DNA of 64,000 nt from Epithemia pelagica (GCA_946965045.2 OX337239.1:558001-622000); one strand, 5' to 3'. Counted from the first letter of the stretch, positions 42,633-55,976 are shown. Translations and numbers: made by a program. Notes: generated by a model not told the origin, from the letters alone.

Positions 42633-44591
42633 TCAACGATTCGACAGAACAGACCTCCGGTAAGTCTTCCGACCTCTTGCTTCCTTTTCATTCATTTGCT
42701 CTTGTGCTTTTCCAATCACGAAAGCAAAGTATTCTCCTGGTTTGGAGATTTGGTTGCATTTGTCGCGCAAAACGTCCACGTCCATAGAGGAGGAACAATG
42801 TGGCGACACGACAAGTTTAGTCAGTTTGTCCCGTCGTACTTGTTTGTCATTATTAATTGCTCGGATAGATTCAATCAAGTATTGCTCAAAACCGATACAA
42901 TTGTCCTTTTGCAAACATTCTCGAATAGCATCTACTTCCTTTTGGGACAATCGCATTTTTGCTTCCCCGCCATTAGTGCCTTTACAGCACACTTGGTAAG
43001 CCAATGACAAGCACCGTGCTGTCTTGTATGGGAAGTTTCCAGGAAACTTTTTCATTCGCACGTAGTCATCACGACTGTACCACCGTTCTTCGCGTTCCTT
43101 CAGAGTCAGAATCGGTAAGGTTCGAACATGGGACGTGTTTCGGTCTTCGTCAATGCGCACACGCAATGAGGACAGAGCCGCAGAACGGAGGACCATGAGA
43201 CTAAAACTGTCAGATTTCTTGAGACAACTTCGTAGCACAGAAGGTTGATAGGACTTGGGGGGAAATGTATGGGAGAAAGACAACGACGAAGACAATGTCA
43301 TTTTTCCAGTAGATCCTCTTCGAGCCAGTCTTGCGGGGCGCGTGAAATTTTCTTGTTGAGGTTGTTCAGAGTGCCTGATGGTGATGGGAGCTTCCTGTAC
43401 GACGGAAGACGAACGAAGGATGGCCAGGGTATTAGAACTTGGAGCCTCCGATGAAGAACTATCTCCCGTGGAACTCTGCTGTTGAGGTGACGATGTAGGG
43501 CTATCTTGTATACTTGCTTGGGAAGGCTTGAATTGGTCTGGTGGCGTTGAACCAAACTCATGGTGAGACCGTCTTTGAGGCATGCGTCGTACAGGTGCAG
43601 CATTTAGAGTTTTAGTCGCCGGTGCAGATGTCGGAAAGCGTCTCACCGGAGCAAGCACGGAGACTGAGTTTGATGGCTGTAAAGGTGAGGAAGACGATCC
43701 TCTCCGAGGCATACGGCGAGAGTGATTCGCACTCGTGGCGGAAGGAGTCACAATCTCTTGTGGAAGAAATCGTTTTTGTTGTTTTGTCTTGGATTGTCGT
43801 TGTTTGATAGAACAAAGACTTCCTACGGACGATGCGTCACCAGCTCCTTGTAAAGATCCTCGTCTCCGTTGCAATCCAAATCCACGTTGATGCTGCTTCG
43901 CTCGTGGTTCCCAGTAAAAATCGTTGTCATCCTCGTCCTGGTCACGAGATCCAGTACCTTCAACATGCACCCTGCTATGGTTTCGAGACTGATCCGATTC
44001 CACCGATTGTGTCGAGTCTGTGTCACCAGAACCCCTCCTCGGACTGCGACCGCGAGATAGGCCTCCTTCCTGAACTTGCAGGTTTTGTCGCAGCAACTGC
44101 TGTTGTTGTAACCGTCTCTCCATTTTCTGATCATACAAATCGCGGCGTGAGAGTCTCTGTTTCGATTCTTTCTGATTGCTCCGAGAGACCCTTTCCAAAC
44201 TCCTACTTCTGAAAGAACCACCAAAAGAAAGTCGTCGTTGTGGACGTGTGTGCCGATGTTTTTCTTGCTGTGGCTGCTTACACGACGATGCGATTGGTCC
44301 CTCATAGGTTATCACCGATACGTCATCCGAATACGCCGAAGCATCAATTGTAAATAGAGACGAGCCGCCTTGGTCTCCGTTCTGATATCGCATTTGCTGG
44401 TGCTTGGCTGCAATCTTTCCTCTTCGACTCGAAGTGGACCCTCTACCAATAGTACTACGGGAGGCAATGCTGTCATCTCCTCCTTTCGATCCTCCTCCTT
44501 TTCGTCGGTTGAAGAGCATCATGGTTGTTTCACAATGTTGTAGAACGAACAAAAAGAGACTTGCTCTCCAACTCCATCGAACTTGCCGCAA
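42633..44591 (-). CDS. Hypothetical Ser/Arg/Gln-rich protein (652 aa frame), copy 1
   Basis: Long ORF; disordered N-terminus; C-terminal SCLKK...RVRID...WYSRDDY module typical of expanded diatom unknown families; likely start MMLFN at about 44522. Confidence 0.75.
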   Translation of the reverse strand: MRQVRWSWRASLFLFVLQHCETTMMLFNRRKGGGSKGGDDSIASRSTIGRGSTSSRRGKIAAKHQQMRYQNGDQGGSSLFTIDASAYSDDVSVITYEGPIASSCKQPQQEKHRHTRPQRRLSFGGSFRSRSLERVSRSNQKESKQRLSRRDLYDQKMERRLQQQQLLRQNLQVQEGGLSRGRSPRRGSGDTDSTQSVESDQSRNHSRVHVEGTGSRDQDEDDNDFYWEPRAKQHQRGFGLQRRRGSLQGAGDASSVGSLCSIKQRQSKTKQQKRFLPQEIVTPSATSANHSRRMPRRGSSSSPLQPSNSVSVLAPVRRFPTSAPATKTLNAAPVRRMPQRRSHHEFGSTPPDQFKPSQASIQDSPTSSPQQQSSTGDSSSSEAPSSNTLAILRSSSVVQEAPITIRHSEQPQQENFTRPARLARRGSTGKMTLSSSLSFSHTFPPKSYQPSVLRSCLKKSDSFSLMVLRSAALSSLRVRIDEDRNTSHVRTLPILTLKEREERWYSRDDYVRMKKFPGNFPYKTARCLSLAYQVCCKGTNGGEAKMRLSQKEVDAIRECLQKDNCIGFEQYLIESIRAINNDKQVRRDKLTKLVVSPHCSSSMDVDVLRDKCNQISKPGEYFAFVIGKAQEQMNEKEARGRKTYRRSVLSNR

Positions 44592-46618
44592 CCCAAAATT
44601 ATGCGAGTAGGAAAGCAGAGGTTCGCAACAAAGTGAGAGGTTCTCGGTGGGAACGTGCTGCTTGGCTTTGGTTCGTTTCGTGTGTCTTTAGAAGAACAAA
44701 AAGTGAGCCGCCAAACCCCAACAGCGTGATATCTCAAACGGCTGCCAATATCCTCCCCAGAGACTCATTCTCCGCAACGATTAGGCGTAGCGATGCGTGA
44801 TGGAACTGTGACTGCTTTGGAGGATGTCCCTGTGATGGATTGTTTGTTGCTTTGGATGAATGTGAATATTGCACCTCTCGGGTTCTTTCCGCTGTGCACC
44901 AGAACCGGACGCGATCTCCCCGGCCTCGGATCTTTCAGTCGCCCATGGGCCATAATCAAAAGGTGATATCAGCGCGCGAGTTCGAGAACTAGTGTAACTT
45001 ACGACCAAACCATCATTTAAGCCAAAGAGGTGCAATGCATTTCTGATTGTGGTTGTCGGTTTGGTCTTTTGGTTGGCTCGCTCTCACTTTTTCTCACGAG
45101 GCCCATCCCAGCGCCAGAACAGCATCTTGTCACCAGAACAGCATCTTGTCACTTGTCATGGTAAAAGGTCGGCACGATCAGCATGCACACTGTAAGGAAA
45201 ACGTCTTGTAAGAGTTCAGTCATTCTTCTCACTTGCCGGGTCAATCCAGCGCAACTACAAGGATTTTCAAAGGAAGAAACACCACTACCACAGTTGCTTG
45301 GGAAGACAACATGAAAGTACGAGCTGTTACCAACTCTGGGAACGCCTTGCTTCTCTACCAGCAGTGCCCAACGAAACCTCTAATTTGGGGATCCTGGCCG
45401 TCTGGTCGCCGCAAAAGACAACCTCGGGAATCTTGGTCGGGAACACATCTTCTTTGCCCAATCCAACCGCGCAGCCTTAACCTGTTTCATGTGTTATGTA
45501 AAAGAGAGTCTACGATCCTGACAGTGACGCTTGGCCCTAAAGCATTCAGGAACATGGGCCCTTAAGCATTCAGGAACATGCTGGCGGAAAAAATCCAGAG
45601 GGGCTGACGAGGCACTACTAGGGCGTATGCCTGCTCCGGACTGGGGAAGTTACGTGTGATGTGTACGTTTGACTTGATTTCTGTAGTCGTAAGCAGTAGT
45701 TTCTTCGTTCACTAGTATAATGTGCAAACAGCATTGTGATCAACCACTGATGACTGATAAAAACTAGAGGTGGCTTCAGCAACAGCTCATCTCTGCTGGA
45801 GCTAGGTAAGCGCTGGAGACGTCTCTGCTGGAGCTAGGTAAGCGCTCCAGCTGGAGAAAAGACTACCTGTGCTACCATGATGAAAATACTTACTAGGAGT
45901 AGACAACTGCTGCTGAGTTGTGTACCTATGTGTGTGTTTGGTAGAGCTGTGTCGAGAAACAGCCTTTCGCTCAAGACGGGTCGATAAATTTGAAGCAGCC
46001 CACTTCAAGAAAGGTAGCACGACGAGAAACTTGTGAAATAACGTCTTCTCCAATGATATGCTGTGGAAACTCGTCAGAACGTTCTCCTGCTAAAATTGAG
46101 GTCATACTGCAACAGTCACTTGTGCAGTGCTTTTACCAGAAGCTCCATCATCCGCCACTTTCTACTTCAACGAATGGAAACACCAGAATCTATCACTGGT
46201 TCATTACTTGTAGAAGCCGAAACCACGAGCAATCTCTCCTCATCGAACCTGGTCCCATTGCGAGCAACAAGACATCATCGATGAGGATAGACATGACGGA
46301 TTCTGCCCGTATGAGCAGCAAAGATTCGGTCATATGAGGTAAAGTTCATAGGCCGAGCACATCACGTCTCTTGATCCTGGATCCAGGAGCCATTCGACAG
46401 ACCAGAACAGGAACCCAGAATGCTCCTATTCGTCTGAGTTCAGTATGAACGGGACGGGTGGGCCGTAAGGCTTGGGGCCTGGGGTGGGAATTTCCAGAAA
46501 GACCAGCTGTACCGAAAACGGACGGACACTAGAGTAAAAAGTACAATTGAGCAAACATGGCGCACAAGGTCCAGGTAGCACGAGGAGGGGAGTCCTAAGC
46601 ACCTCTCGGGGGGATGCG

Positions 46619-48684
46619 TCATTTGAAGCCATTTTCATCTCTTGTGTTTCGTTTTGATTTACGATGATATTCGTGCACAGCCCACAGGACGGCCAAGGCA
46701 ACCCGGACGCCCATGACAAGGCCCATGCCCACCACAAACACAGCAGATACTAGTGTTTGAAAGGATGATCCTCCATCATGAGCTTTAATGTCTTGCGTGG
46801 AGGATTCCACGATGGAGAAGAAGGAAATATTCCAAATGGCTGCCCCAGGAACCAGCAAGTAGAGAGAGGGAGCGAGACAAAACCACAAGTCGCCAAGTTG
46901 ATATTGGAATTTGTCGTTCCTTCGATATCCATGCCTCCCTTGATCTGCCCAACCGTGATCTACAAATCGGATTACACTCGAGCGTCGCTTTTGACCTCGG
47001 GAAGTAGAGACGACTGAGCCGTTGGGATTCATCCAAGAAGGTTTAGTAGCGACCTCCTGTATGGACTGCTTGATATCACGGCGTCTATCAAGTTTCTTCA
47101 TGAGAAAGGCTGTTGGGGCTATGGACATTTCGGTGAGGTTGTACTTGTTGAATAGTACAATCAAAATGTGTGCTGTGATGGTTGCGACAAGGGCAGGGAC
47201 AAAGTTGCTCACAAAGATTGGCTGTTTCCACACAAACGACAAGAGATATTGAGATTTCACCGCCAAAAGCTGCGTCACGAGGCATATCGGCCAGTGAATT
47301 GTCGCAGTACGTAAATGCATCAATGCTCCAATCGAAAGGAGGGGATAGATGAAGCAATACCAGACAGGATCCACCGAATTTGATAGGTTTGAGCAATTGT
47401 TATTCACATCCAGTCCATCGAATCTGGAGGGACCACCAAACTTGGCCAGCCATAAACCAATAGCTACTCCAAAGGCTAACTCAAACGTTTTCAATATGGC
47501 GAGACAAAAGCGTGTTAAACCTGTCATGACCAAGTCTTGTGTGATCTCGTACAGACTCAAGACAAAGGCAATGCCGTTGTGGAAGCCAAATAGTGTACCC
47601 AGTACTTGTGCGCGAAAGCATACCGACCCTGGAAATAACACCACTGACAAAGTTGACTGCCGTTTCGGATAAAACAAATGCAGAGAGGAATCATGTCGGT
47701 CATCAGCCACGTCAATTTTGTAAACAAGAACAAGCGAGAGGAACGATGACAGTGGATAAGCCTTCAACTTACTATGTTGGTTGTTGTGGCAGCGATCAAA
47801 ATCGGCTGTATCCCAGACAATTGAGGATAGACAGAGGTGAGGAAGCAGAATGATCCAGCCGTGGTTCCTGTCAAGAGACAAACCACAAAGTCCACCATAG
47901 TCCCACCATAGTATACAACGGAACCACAAGATGCGAGAACCGAGAAAACAACAACACGACCAGGATACTGTCGATACCATCGTTCCATCTCATGGATCTT
48001 ATTGCCTTGTTGTTCATGAAAATCACTCACTGTGTGTTGGTGTGATTGTGTTATTGTGGAAGATGATGTACTTTCGATTTGCTCCAAACACTTTTGAATT
48101 CCCTGTATCCCAGCCAAAACTGATATAGAGTCTTCAAGGACACCCAGCGCAATCCGTGATAGCTCTTGCATGGCATATCCATCATAGTCAGAAGTGAAGC
48201 GATGATAAGTCATAACAGTTCCATGTTGATACGTCCATCGAGTTGCCGCAATTTCAAGCTCCAAATCCAGTGCTCCAACATTCAATTTCTTTCTTAGTTC
48301 ATCCACGAAGGAACGCGTTAAGAAGGAAGCGTACCCTACTCGAAGCATGGAATCGGCTAGGTGAATGACAAAAAGAATGGCGCAGATATCCTCTGGTGAT
48401 AGGTCTCCCATGTTTTGCAAGCGTTCCACGAAGGGTCGTAATTTGCGTGGAATCAAAATGTCCTGAAGATGACCTGAGGAGACGGAAGCACCAGATTCCA
48501 TTGCCGAATCATCACTTGTTGAAGCCGAAACGACGAGCGGTCTCGCGTCATTGGACCCGGTCCCATAGCTGTAGCTTGTGTGCAACAAGGGATCATCAAC
48601 AAGAGACATGGCGGATTCGCCGCCTACCATCGTTGTGCGATGATGCGATGATGCGCAAAAAGATCCAAAACCGAGATCCATCAT
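46619..48684 (-). CDS. ThrE/DUF1212-like putative exporter, copy 2
   Basis: Identical translations to copy 1; exons 48684-47773 and 47656-46619. Confidence 0.7.
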
Positions 48685-48791
48685 GATACTAAAGGCGACT
48701 AATTGGTCCTATTCAGTCGCTTAAATAGCAAGAAATGAGGAAGTAGTTCATAGTTTATGATCATAGCAAATTAATCATAGTATTAAACCTC

Positions 48792-50750
48792 TCAACGATT
48801 CGACAGAACAGACCTCCGGTAAGTCTTCCGACCTCTTGCTTCCTTTTCATTCATTTGCTCTTGTGCTTTTCCAATCACGAAAGCAAAGTATTCTCCTGGT
48901 TTGGAGATTTGGTTGCATTTGTCGCGCAAAACGTCCACGTCCATAGAGGAGGAACAATGTGGCGACACGACAAGTTTAGTCAGTTTGTCCCGTCGTACTT
49001 GTTTGTCATTATTAATTGCTCGGATAGATTCAATCAAGTATTGCTCAAAACCGATACAATTGTCCTTTTGCAAACATTCTCGAATAGCATCTACTTCCTT
49101 TTGGGACAATCGCATTTTTGCTTCCCCGCCATTAGTGCCTTTACAGCACACTTGGTAAGCCAATGACAAGCACCGTGCTGTCTTGTATGGGAAGTTTCCA
49201 GGAAACTTTTTCATTCGCACGTAGTCATCACGACTGTACCACCGTTCTTCGCGTTCCTTCAGAGTCAGAATCGGTAAGGTTCGAACATGGGACGTGTTTC
49301 GGTCTTCGTCAATGCGCACACGCAATGAGGACAGAGCCGCAGAACGGAGGACCATGAGACTAAAACTGTCAGATTTCTTGAGACAACTTCGTAGCACAGA
49401 AGGTTGATAGGACTTGGGGGGAAATGTATGGGAGAAAGACAACGACGAAGACAATGTCATTTTTCCAGTAGATCCTCTTCGAGCCAGTCTTGCGGGGCGC
49501 GTGAAATTTTCTTGTTGAGGTTGTTCAGAGTGCCTGATGGTGATGGGAGCTTCCTGTACGACGGAAGACGAACGAAGGATGGCCAGGGTATTAGAACTTG
49601 GAGCCTCCGATGAAGAACTATCTCCCGTGGAACTCTGCTGTTGAGGTGACGATGTAGGGCTATCTTGTATACTTGCTTGGGAAGGCTTGAATTGGTCTGG
49701 TGGCGTTGAACCAAACTCATGGTGAGACCGTCTTTGAGGCATGCGTCGTACAGGTGCAGCATTTAGAGTTTTAGTCGCCGGTGCAGATGTCGGAAAGCGT
49801 CTCACCGGAGCAAGCACGGAGACTGAGTTTGATGGCTGTAAAGGTGAGGAAGACGATCCTCTCCGAGGCATACGGCGAGAGTGATTCGCACTCGTGGCGG
49901 AAGGAGTCACAATCTCTTGTGGAAGAAATCGTTTTTGTTGTTTTGTCTTGGATTGTCGTTGTTTGATAGAACAAAGACTTCCTACGGACGATGCGTCACC
50001 AGCTCCTTGTAAAGATCCTCGTCTCCGTTGCAATCCAAATCCACGTTGATGCTGCTTCGCTCGTGGTTCCCAGTAAAAATCGTTGTCATCCTCGTCCTGG
50101 TCACGAGATCCAGTACCTTCAACATGCACCCTGCTATGGTTTCGAGACTGATCCGATTCCACCGATTGTGTCGAGTCTGTGTCACCAGAACCCCTCCTCG
50201 GACTGCGACCGCGAGATAGGCCTCCTTCCTGAACTTGCAGGTTTTGTCGCAGCAACTGCTGTTGTTGTAACCGTCTCTCCATTTTCTGATCATACAAATC
50301 GCGGCGTGAGAGTCTCTGTTTCGATTCTTTCTGATTGCTCCGAGAGACCCTTTCCAAACTCCTACTTCTGAAAGAACCACCAAAAGAAAGTCGTCGTTGT
50401 GGACGTGTGTGCCGATGTTTTTCTTGCTGTGGCTGCTTACACGACGATGCGATTGGTCCCTCATAGGTTATCACCGATACGTCATCCGAATACGCCGAAG
50501 CATCAATTGTAAATAGAGACGAGCCGCCTTGGTCTCCGTTCTGATATCGCATTTGCTGGTGCTTGGCTGCAATCTTTCCTCTTCGACTCGAAGTGGACCC
50601 TCTACCAATAGTACTACGGGAGGCAATGCTGTCATCTCCTCCTTTCGATCCTCCTCCTTTTCGTCGGTTGAAGAGCATCATGGTTGTTTCACAATGTTGT
50701 AGAACGAACAAAAAGAGACTTGCTCTCCAACTCCATCGAACTTGCCGCAA
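48792..50750 (-). CDS. Hypothetical Ser/Arg/Gln-rich protein, copy 2
   Basis: Identical 652-aa translation to 42633-44591. Confidence 0.75.
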   Translation of the reverse strand: MRQVRWSWRASLFLFVLQHCETTMMLFNRRKGGGSKGGDDSIASRSTIGRGSTSSRRGKIAAKHQQMRYQNGDQGGSSLFTIDASAYSDDVSVITYEGPIASSCKQPQQEKHRHTRPQRRLSFGGSFRSRSLERVSRSNQKESKQRLSRRDLYDQKMERRLQQQQLLRQNLQVQEGGLSRGRSPRRGSGDTDSTQSVESDQSRNHSRVHVEGTGSRDQDEDDNDFYWEPRAKQHQRGFGLQRRRGSLQGAGDASSVGSLCSIKQRQSKTKQQKRFLPQEIVTPSATSANHSRRMPRRGSSSSPLQPSNSVSVLAPVRRFPTSAPATKTLNAAPVRRMPQRRSHHEFGSTPPDQFKPSQASIQDSPTSSPQQQSSTGDSSSSEAPSSNTLAILRSSSVVQEAPITIRHSEQPQQENFTRPARLARRGSTGKMTLSSSLSFSHTFPPKSYQPSVLRSCLKKSDSFSLMVLRSAALSSLRVRIDEDRNTSHVRTLPILTLKEREERWYSRDDYVRMKKFPGNFPYKTARCLSLAYQVCCKGTNGGEAKMRLSQKEVDAIRECLQKDNCIGFEQYLIESIRAINNDKQVRRDKLTKLVVSPHCSSSMDVDVLRDKCNQISKPGEYFAFVIGKAQEQMNEKEARGRKTYRRSVLSNR

Positions 50751-52474
50751 CCCAAAATTATGCGAGTAGGAAAGCAGAGGTTCGCAACAAAGTGAGAGGT
50801 TCTCGGTGGGAACGTGCTGCTTGGCTTTGGTTCGTTTCGTGTGTCTTTAGAAGAACAAAAAGTGAGCCGCCAAACCCCAACAGCGTGATATCTCAAACGG
50901 CTGCCAATATCCTCCCCAGAGACTCATTCTCCGCAACGATTAGGCGTAGCGATGCGTGATGGAACTGTGACTGCTTTGGAGGATGTCCCTGTGATGGATT
51001 GTTTGTTGCTTTGGATGAATGTGAATATTGCACCTCTGCTTTTCCGTTATGGGTTCTCGGGTTCTTTCCGCTGTGCACCAGAACCGGACGCGATCTCCCC
51101 GGCCTCGGATCTTTCAGTCGCCCATGGGCCATAATCAAAAGGTGATATCAGCGCGCGAGTTCGAGAACTAGTGTACTGCCCAACAAACTTACGACCAAAC
51201 CATCATTTAAGCCAAAGAGGTGCAATGCATTTCTGATTGTGGTTGTCGGTTTGGTCTTTTGGTTGGCTCGCTCTCACTTTTTCTCACGAGGCCCATCCCA
51301 GCGCCAGAACAGCATCTTGTCACCAGAACAGCATCTTGTCACTTGTCATGGTAAAAGGTCGGCACGATCAGCATGCACACTGTAAGGAAAACGTCTTGTA
51401 AGAGTTCAGTCATTCTTCTCACTTGCCGGGTCAATCCAGCGCAACTACAAGGATTTTCAAAGGAAGAAACACCACTACCACAGTTGCTTGGGAAGACAAC
51501 ATGAAAGTACGAGCTGTTACCAACTCTGGGAACGCCTTGCTTCTCTACCAGCAGTGCCCAACGAAACCTCTAATTTGGGGATCCTGGCCGTCTGGTCGCC
51601 GCAAAAGACAACCTCGGGAATCTTGGTCGGGAACACATCTTCTTTGCCCAATCCAACCGCGCAGCCTTAACCTGTTTCATGTGTTATGTAAAAGAGAGTC
51701 TACGATCCTGACAGTGACGCTTGGCCCTAAAGCATTCAGGAACATGGGCCCTTAAGCATTCAGGAACATGCTGGCGGAAAAAATCCAGAGGGGCTGACGA
51801 GGCACTACTAGGGCGTATGCCTGCTCCGGACTGGGGAAGTTACGTGTGATGTGTACGTTTGACTTGATTTCTGTAGTCGTAAGCAGTAGTTTCTTCGTTC
51901 ACTAGTCGGTTCGATTGGGTGCTGAGAACTTGGTACCGCAAAATGACCCTTGTTGTCACTTGTCGTCGAGGTTTCCTCATGCTCTATGATATGGAGGCTT
52001 TGGATCAGTGATAAAACCTCAAACTACGTCATCGTCTGCTCCCTGTGTATCAGGTGTATCCAATGGTAGCGAGAACATGGGAAACAGGCACAACCGTGAA
52101 TAGCTGTAGCGACTCTCATTGACCAATACCCGGATATCCACAAACCTAGACGAAACCATCCTGTCAGCTTTGCCACAACGATGCCAAGCAAGAAGCAGAT
52201 GGCTCTCAGAAAGGTCAATGGTGAGCGTATAACAAATAGGGCCAATATGCCCAAAAACAGCCACCTTTTTTCGCTTCTCATTGTCTCCCCTTATAACACA
52301 TTCGAGACCATCAACAGAGTTGTCCCGAAGCTATTCCTCTTCTTCTACAACAGAGCTCCCTCTGCGTAATGGGTTCCATTTCCAAGAGCCCCCATCCATC
52401 ATTAGAAGTCTTTCTCGTCTGACATTGACGAGCAACCTTTGTATTCTTCATTCGACAATGCCACCGACCGCAAA

Positions 52475-55400
52475 TCATACCTCTGTACTCACGTCGTCCA
52501 CCAAATTTTGCGTCATGGAGGTCCCTGTGGCATCCACTCGGGAGCTGAACCTTTCTCGTCCTCGGAGCGTCGATGGTTTGATACTTGCGGTCGTATTATG
52601 ATCCAGTGATAGATTATGTCTCTTTGTAAGGGCTGAAACCTTCGCAGTCGCTCCCAATTCCATGTACAACTCCATAGACCGCATCAAATACTGCTTTGGG
52701 ACATCCCTATTCTTCTCGTATTCAAGAAGAAACTCGGCTGCGAGTTCATTAGCGATTGCACCATAATGTACCAGCCCACTTCGCGCCAACATCACAATAA
52801 CAGAGTCAAACAAGCTCTTCACTTTTGTAGTGTTCACTTGCTGTTGAGTAGCTGCTTCCTGTGCCTCCAGCAAAAGACAGAGCGGAACTGAGTTGAGGTT
52901 GGGTCGTTTCTTAAACCATTTGATCGTTTGTATGGCGCATTTGCGATAAGACTTGTTTCGTTTCTCTTTTCCCAACCAAAATCCAACGAGTCCTTCTACA
53001 AGCATGCAAAAATACTTGTTAAAATAGTTGAGTTGGAACATTCGATCGTGTCTTGGAAAGACTTGAATGTTTCGAAAGGCCGCTTCCGCCGTCTCCACGT
53101 CTCTCATTACAAGGGAGTTAAACATTTGCGTACAATGCAACTGCAAACTTGCATTGGTAACCGCTATTTCCACACCTTCATTGCAATATCCATGTTTCTT
53201 GATAATCTCCCAGTCAATTTTCACAGGGTCATCAGACTGGCCAATGAGGTTCAAAGCCAGTTGTAATGTTGGTAGCATCATGCAAAGCATGAAGTCACCA
53301 CGAATAATCTTCACGTGTTCCGCATACTTGCTTAAATCTGATGCCAATGCATCCAATCGCAGCCCGCTACCCTTATATGCGTCTACATAGAGAAGTAGAC
53401 TCGTGATTCCCGGAAATGCGTCACCCGTAGAGAGTCCTCTTCGATAACCTGTCAATGACATTTCCAAAAGCGAGGCCAGAGGTAAATTTAGATGCATCAC
53501 ACAAGAGTATGCATACACAATGGCATCTGGTGGGATATCGTCTTCTATCTGTGCCTTCAAGCCAAGCTGAGCGAAACGGGAGCCCAACTCGACATCACCG
53601 TAGGTCGCCAACAAAGCACCAAAGGCCGCAAATGCAATTCCAGTATATTGGTTCTGTCGAAACTGGACCGCAAGCCGAAAGAATCTCAGAATGCATATTG
53701 CAAGCAAGCTGGTATTACCATGCCATCCACAAACCGTAGCTGCAAAGTACGTTTTCATGGCAATCATTTTTCGTTTGTCAATGTCCTTGTCATTTTGAAA
53801 CAGTGCGGACAGCTCTTTTTCTGATTTGCCTTCCACCAGACGTTTGGTTCTTCGTAGCTCTCGAGTTACCGTCCACGAATTTACGGCCGGAAGTCGTTCT
53901 CCACATAATTGCAACGTTTTCTTCGCATCCTCCACAGCCATATCGAATTGTAGGGCTGCCGCCCGAATAGTGGTTCGTGCCGCCAGTGCTACAATCGTGT
54001 CTTCTGCTTTTTTGGCGTGTTGCAGAATGATATCTACAACCGTAATTCCATCTTCGTATCGCCCTCGTGAGGTTTCCAAGGAGACAATAGAATTGTAAAT
54101 GTGTAGAACCAACTCGTACGATGTGTCCCAGTCACTATCGCCCTTTATCAACTGTTTGGCCTTTTCCAAAAAGAGCCCTGTAAGATCGGAACCATGACGA
54201 GTTTTGGCCAGTTCCGCTGCTTCGTAGTTTAATTCCATCAACCATTTGCGTCCTTCATCCTTCATGGTGACAATACAAGATGCGGGGCATCCACGATTGA
54301 GTTGATCCGTCGCCAAAAAGAGAAGCTTAGATCGACTAGCCGTCCCAGTGGTGAACATGTCGTAAATATACTTTCCAATGAACCAGTGGAAGTCATCCCA
54401 TAGTTGAATTGGAGGAGATGGTTTTTCTGCAGCAAGATCAAAAACTGTACCACATAGTATGGATTTCCCATGGTTTTCCGATAAATCAAATTAATCAAGT
54501 CTGTGACATCCGACTTGGTTTCGGTAAGGGTGTCATTCTCTGTTTCTTTCTCGTTCTCCAGACGTAGCAGGTGACGGACCAAACTCGATGTATGCGCCGG
54601 ATCGAGACTGGTGACGGATATATCGTGAACATACGGCAACGTCCTTCCTTGTTCGTCAACTGTGACCTCATTTAACCAAGTATACAGTCGTGCGTACGAT
54701 TCATCCTCACTACTCGTATTCTTCTTCTTCATGTTGGACTCTGCGGCTGTATCTATAGTGTCACGATAGATTCCAATCAACAAGAGGTTTTTCAACTGTT
54801 GGAGGTGTACAATTACTCTCAAAATGGCCAAGGAATCCTGGTCGGCCCATTGCAAATCATCCAATACCAAGATTGTGGCACGATAATGGGGTGAGGAAAT
54901 CTGAGTCAAGAACTTGGTGACGGCAATGGCCAAAAGGTTGGAAGAGAGAACCATTTTTCCACTTTCCGCAGCAGCAGGACTGCCCTCCTCGTTACGACGA
55001 TTTGTCGACGACGACGACAGCGATGTGCTAGAGCTATTCGTAGTGGACGACAAGCGTGCAGGTAGTAATTGACCCAAGACCTTGACACAATCCGGATCCA
55101 AGGAACGAGCAAACTCTTTTGATTCCTCTAAACTCATGCAAGAGAAGGCACCTTCCATTGATTGTACCAAAGCCGAATAAGGCGTGGAGTTGTCTTGGTA
55201 TTGATCAAACTTTCCAAACAAGAACCGATGTGACGAAGCTGTCCTTTGGCCGTGTTCGTCGAACGTTGAGTTTAATGCATGGCAGAGCGACGTTTTTCCA
55301 CAGCCTGATGGCCCATGCACAAATACCACTTGCTTGTTGGCGTCAGGAGCCTGAACTTGGGAGGCAAGTTTTTGCAATTGATCCAACTGTGTCTGTCTAC

Positions 55401-55506
55401 CCCATAATCCCTTGGATCCAGTCAGGGTCAAGAGACGCGACGACAGCATGTCCCTCCCCCCTTCTCGTTGGTGACGTTCGTTCCCCGACATGGCGAACTC
55501 ACGCAT
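52475..55506 (-). pseudogene. STAND/AAA_16-type P-loop NTPase with TPR-like helical C-terminus, split by a frameshift
   Basis: Walker A GPSGCGKTS, FGKFDQY, Walker B ILVLDDLQWAD and GNPYYV in ORF 55506-54262; the frame switches near 54398 to DDFHWFIGKY...DQLNRG in ORF 54358-52475; no intron-sized gap at the switch. Confidence 0.65.
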
Positions 55507-55976
55507 ACTTAAACTAGTCCTACCTCTCGTCGTTGGACCACCAATTGCCTACCACGGCACCCGTTCCTTCGCCCTCGTTTCCTGGAGATACCCGATTGCG
55601 TTCCACCAAAGATTGTCCTCCTCGTCTCTAAGAAAGAAAGCGAGAAAAACCGTTATTTTCTGCGACCTAGACGCTTTTACACGTCTGTCCGACGCACGAC
55701 TAGCCGGGCTGGGGAAAAGCTCCGGATAGTAAAAGCGGTGGGAACAGACTTAGACCATGGATCACGGACGCTTCCTTCCATTTCGGGTGCATTTCATACA
55801 TACAACGTGGGTGGTATTCTCCCGGAACCAACGACAAGGAGGATTCCTCTTGCGGCCGCACTCTATAGATCTGGATGGATTTGAATAAAAAAACTTTGTT
55901 CACATGGTATAGGTTCACCATTCATTTCCTTGTGCCCTGCTCTATCGGGTGGTTGCCGTTGCCGGAAGAAGGACGT

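Larger units (their letters stand above)
30487..45715. repeat. Tandem segmental duplication, unit 1 (6159 bp plus the inserted copia element 3)
   Basis: 30487-30735 plus 39806-45715 match 45716-51905. Confidence 0.92.
45716..51905. repeat. Tandem segmental duplication, unit 2 (6190 bp, no retrotransposon)
   Basis: Offset 6159 then 6190 after two extra segments (20 bp near 51038, 11 bp near 51176); all ORF translations upstream of these indels are identical to unit 1. Confidence 0.92.

Noticed and set aside
45233-45565. 110-aa ORF (copy at 51423-51755) and nearby 19-24 bp local duplications
   Set aside because: Non-ATG start, no motifs; local slippage repeats only
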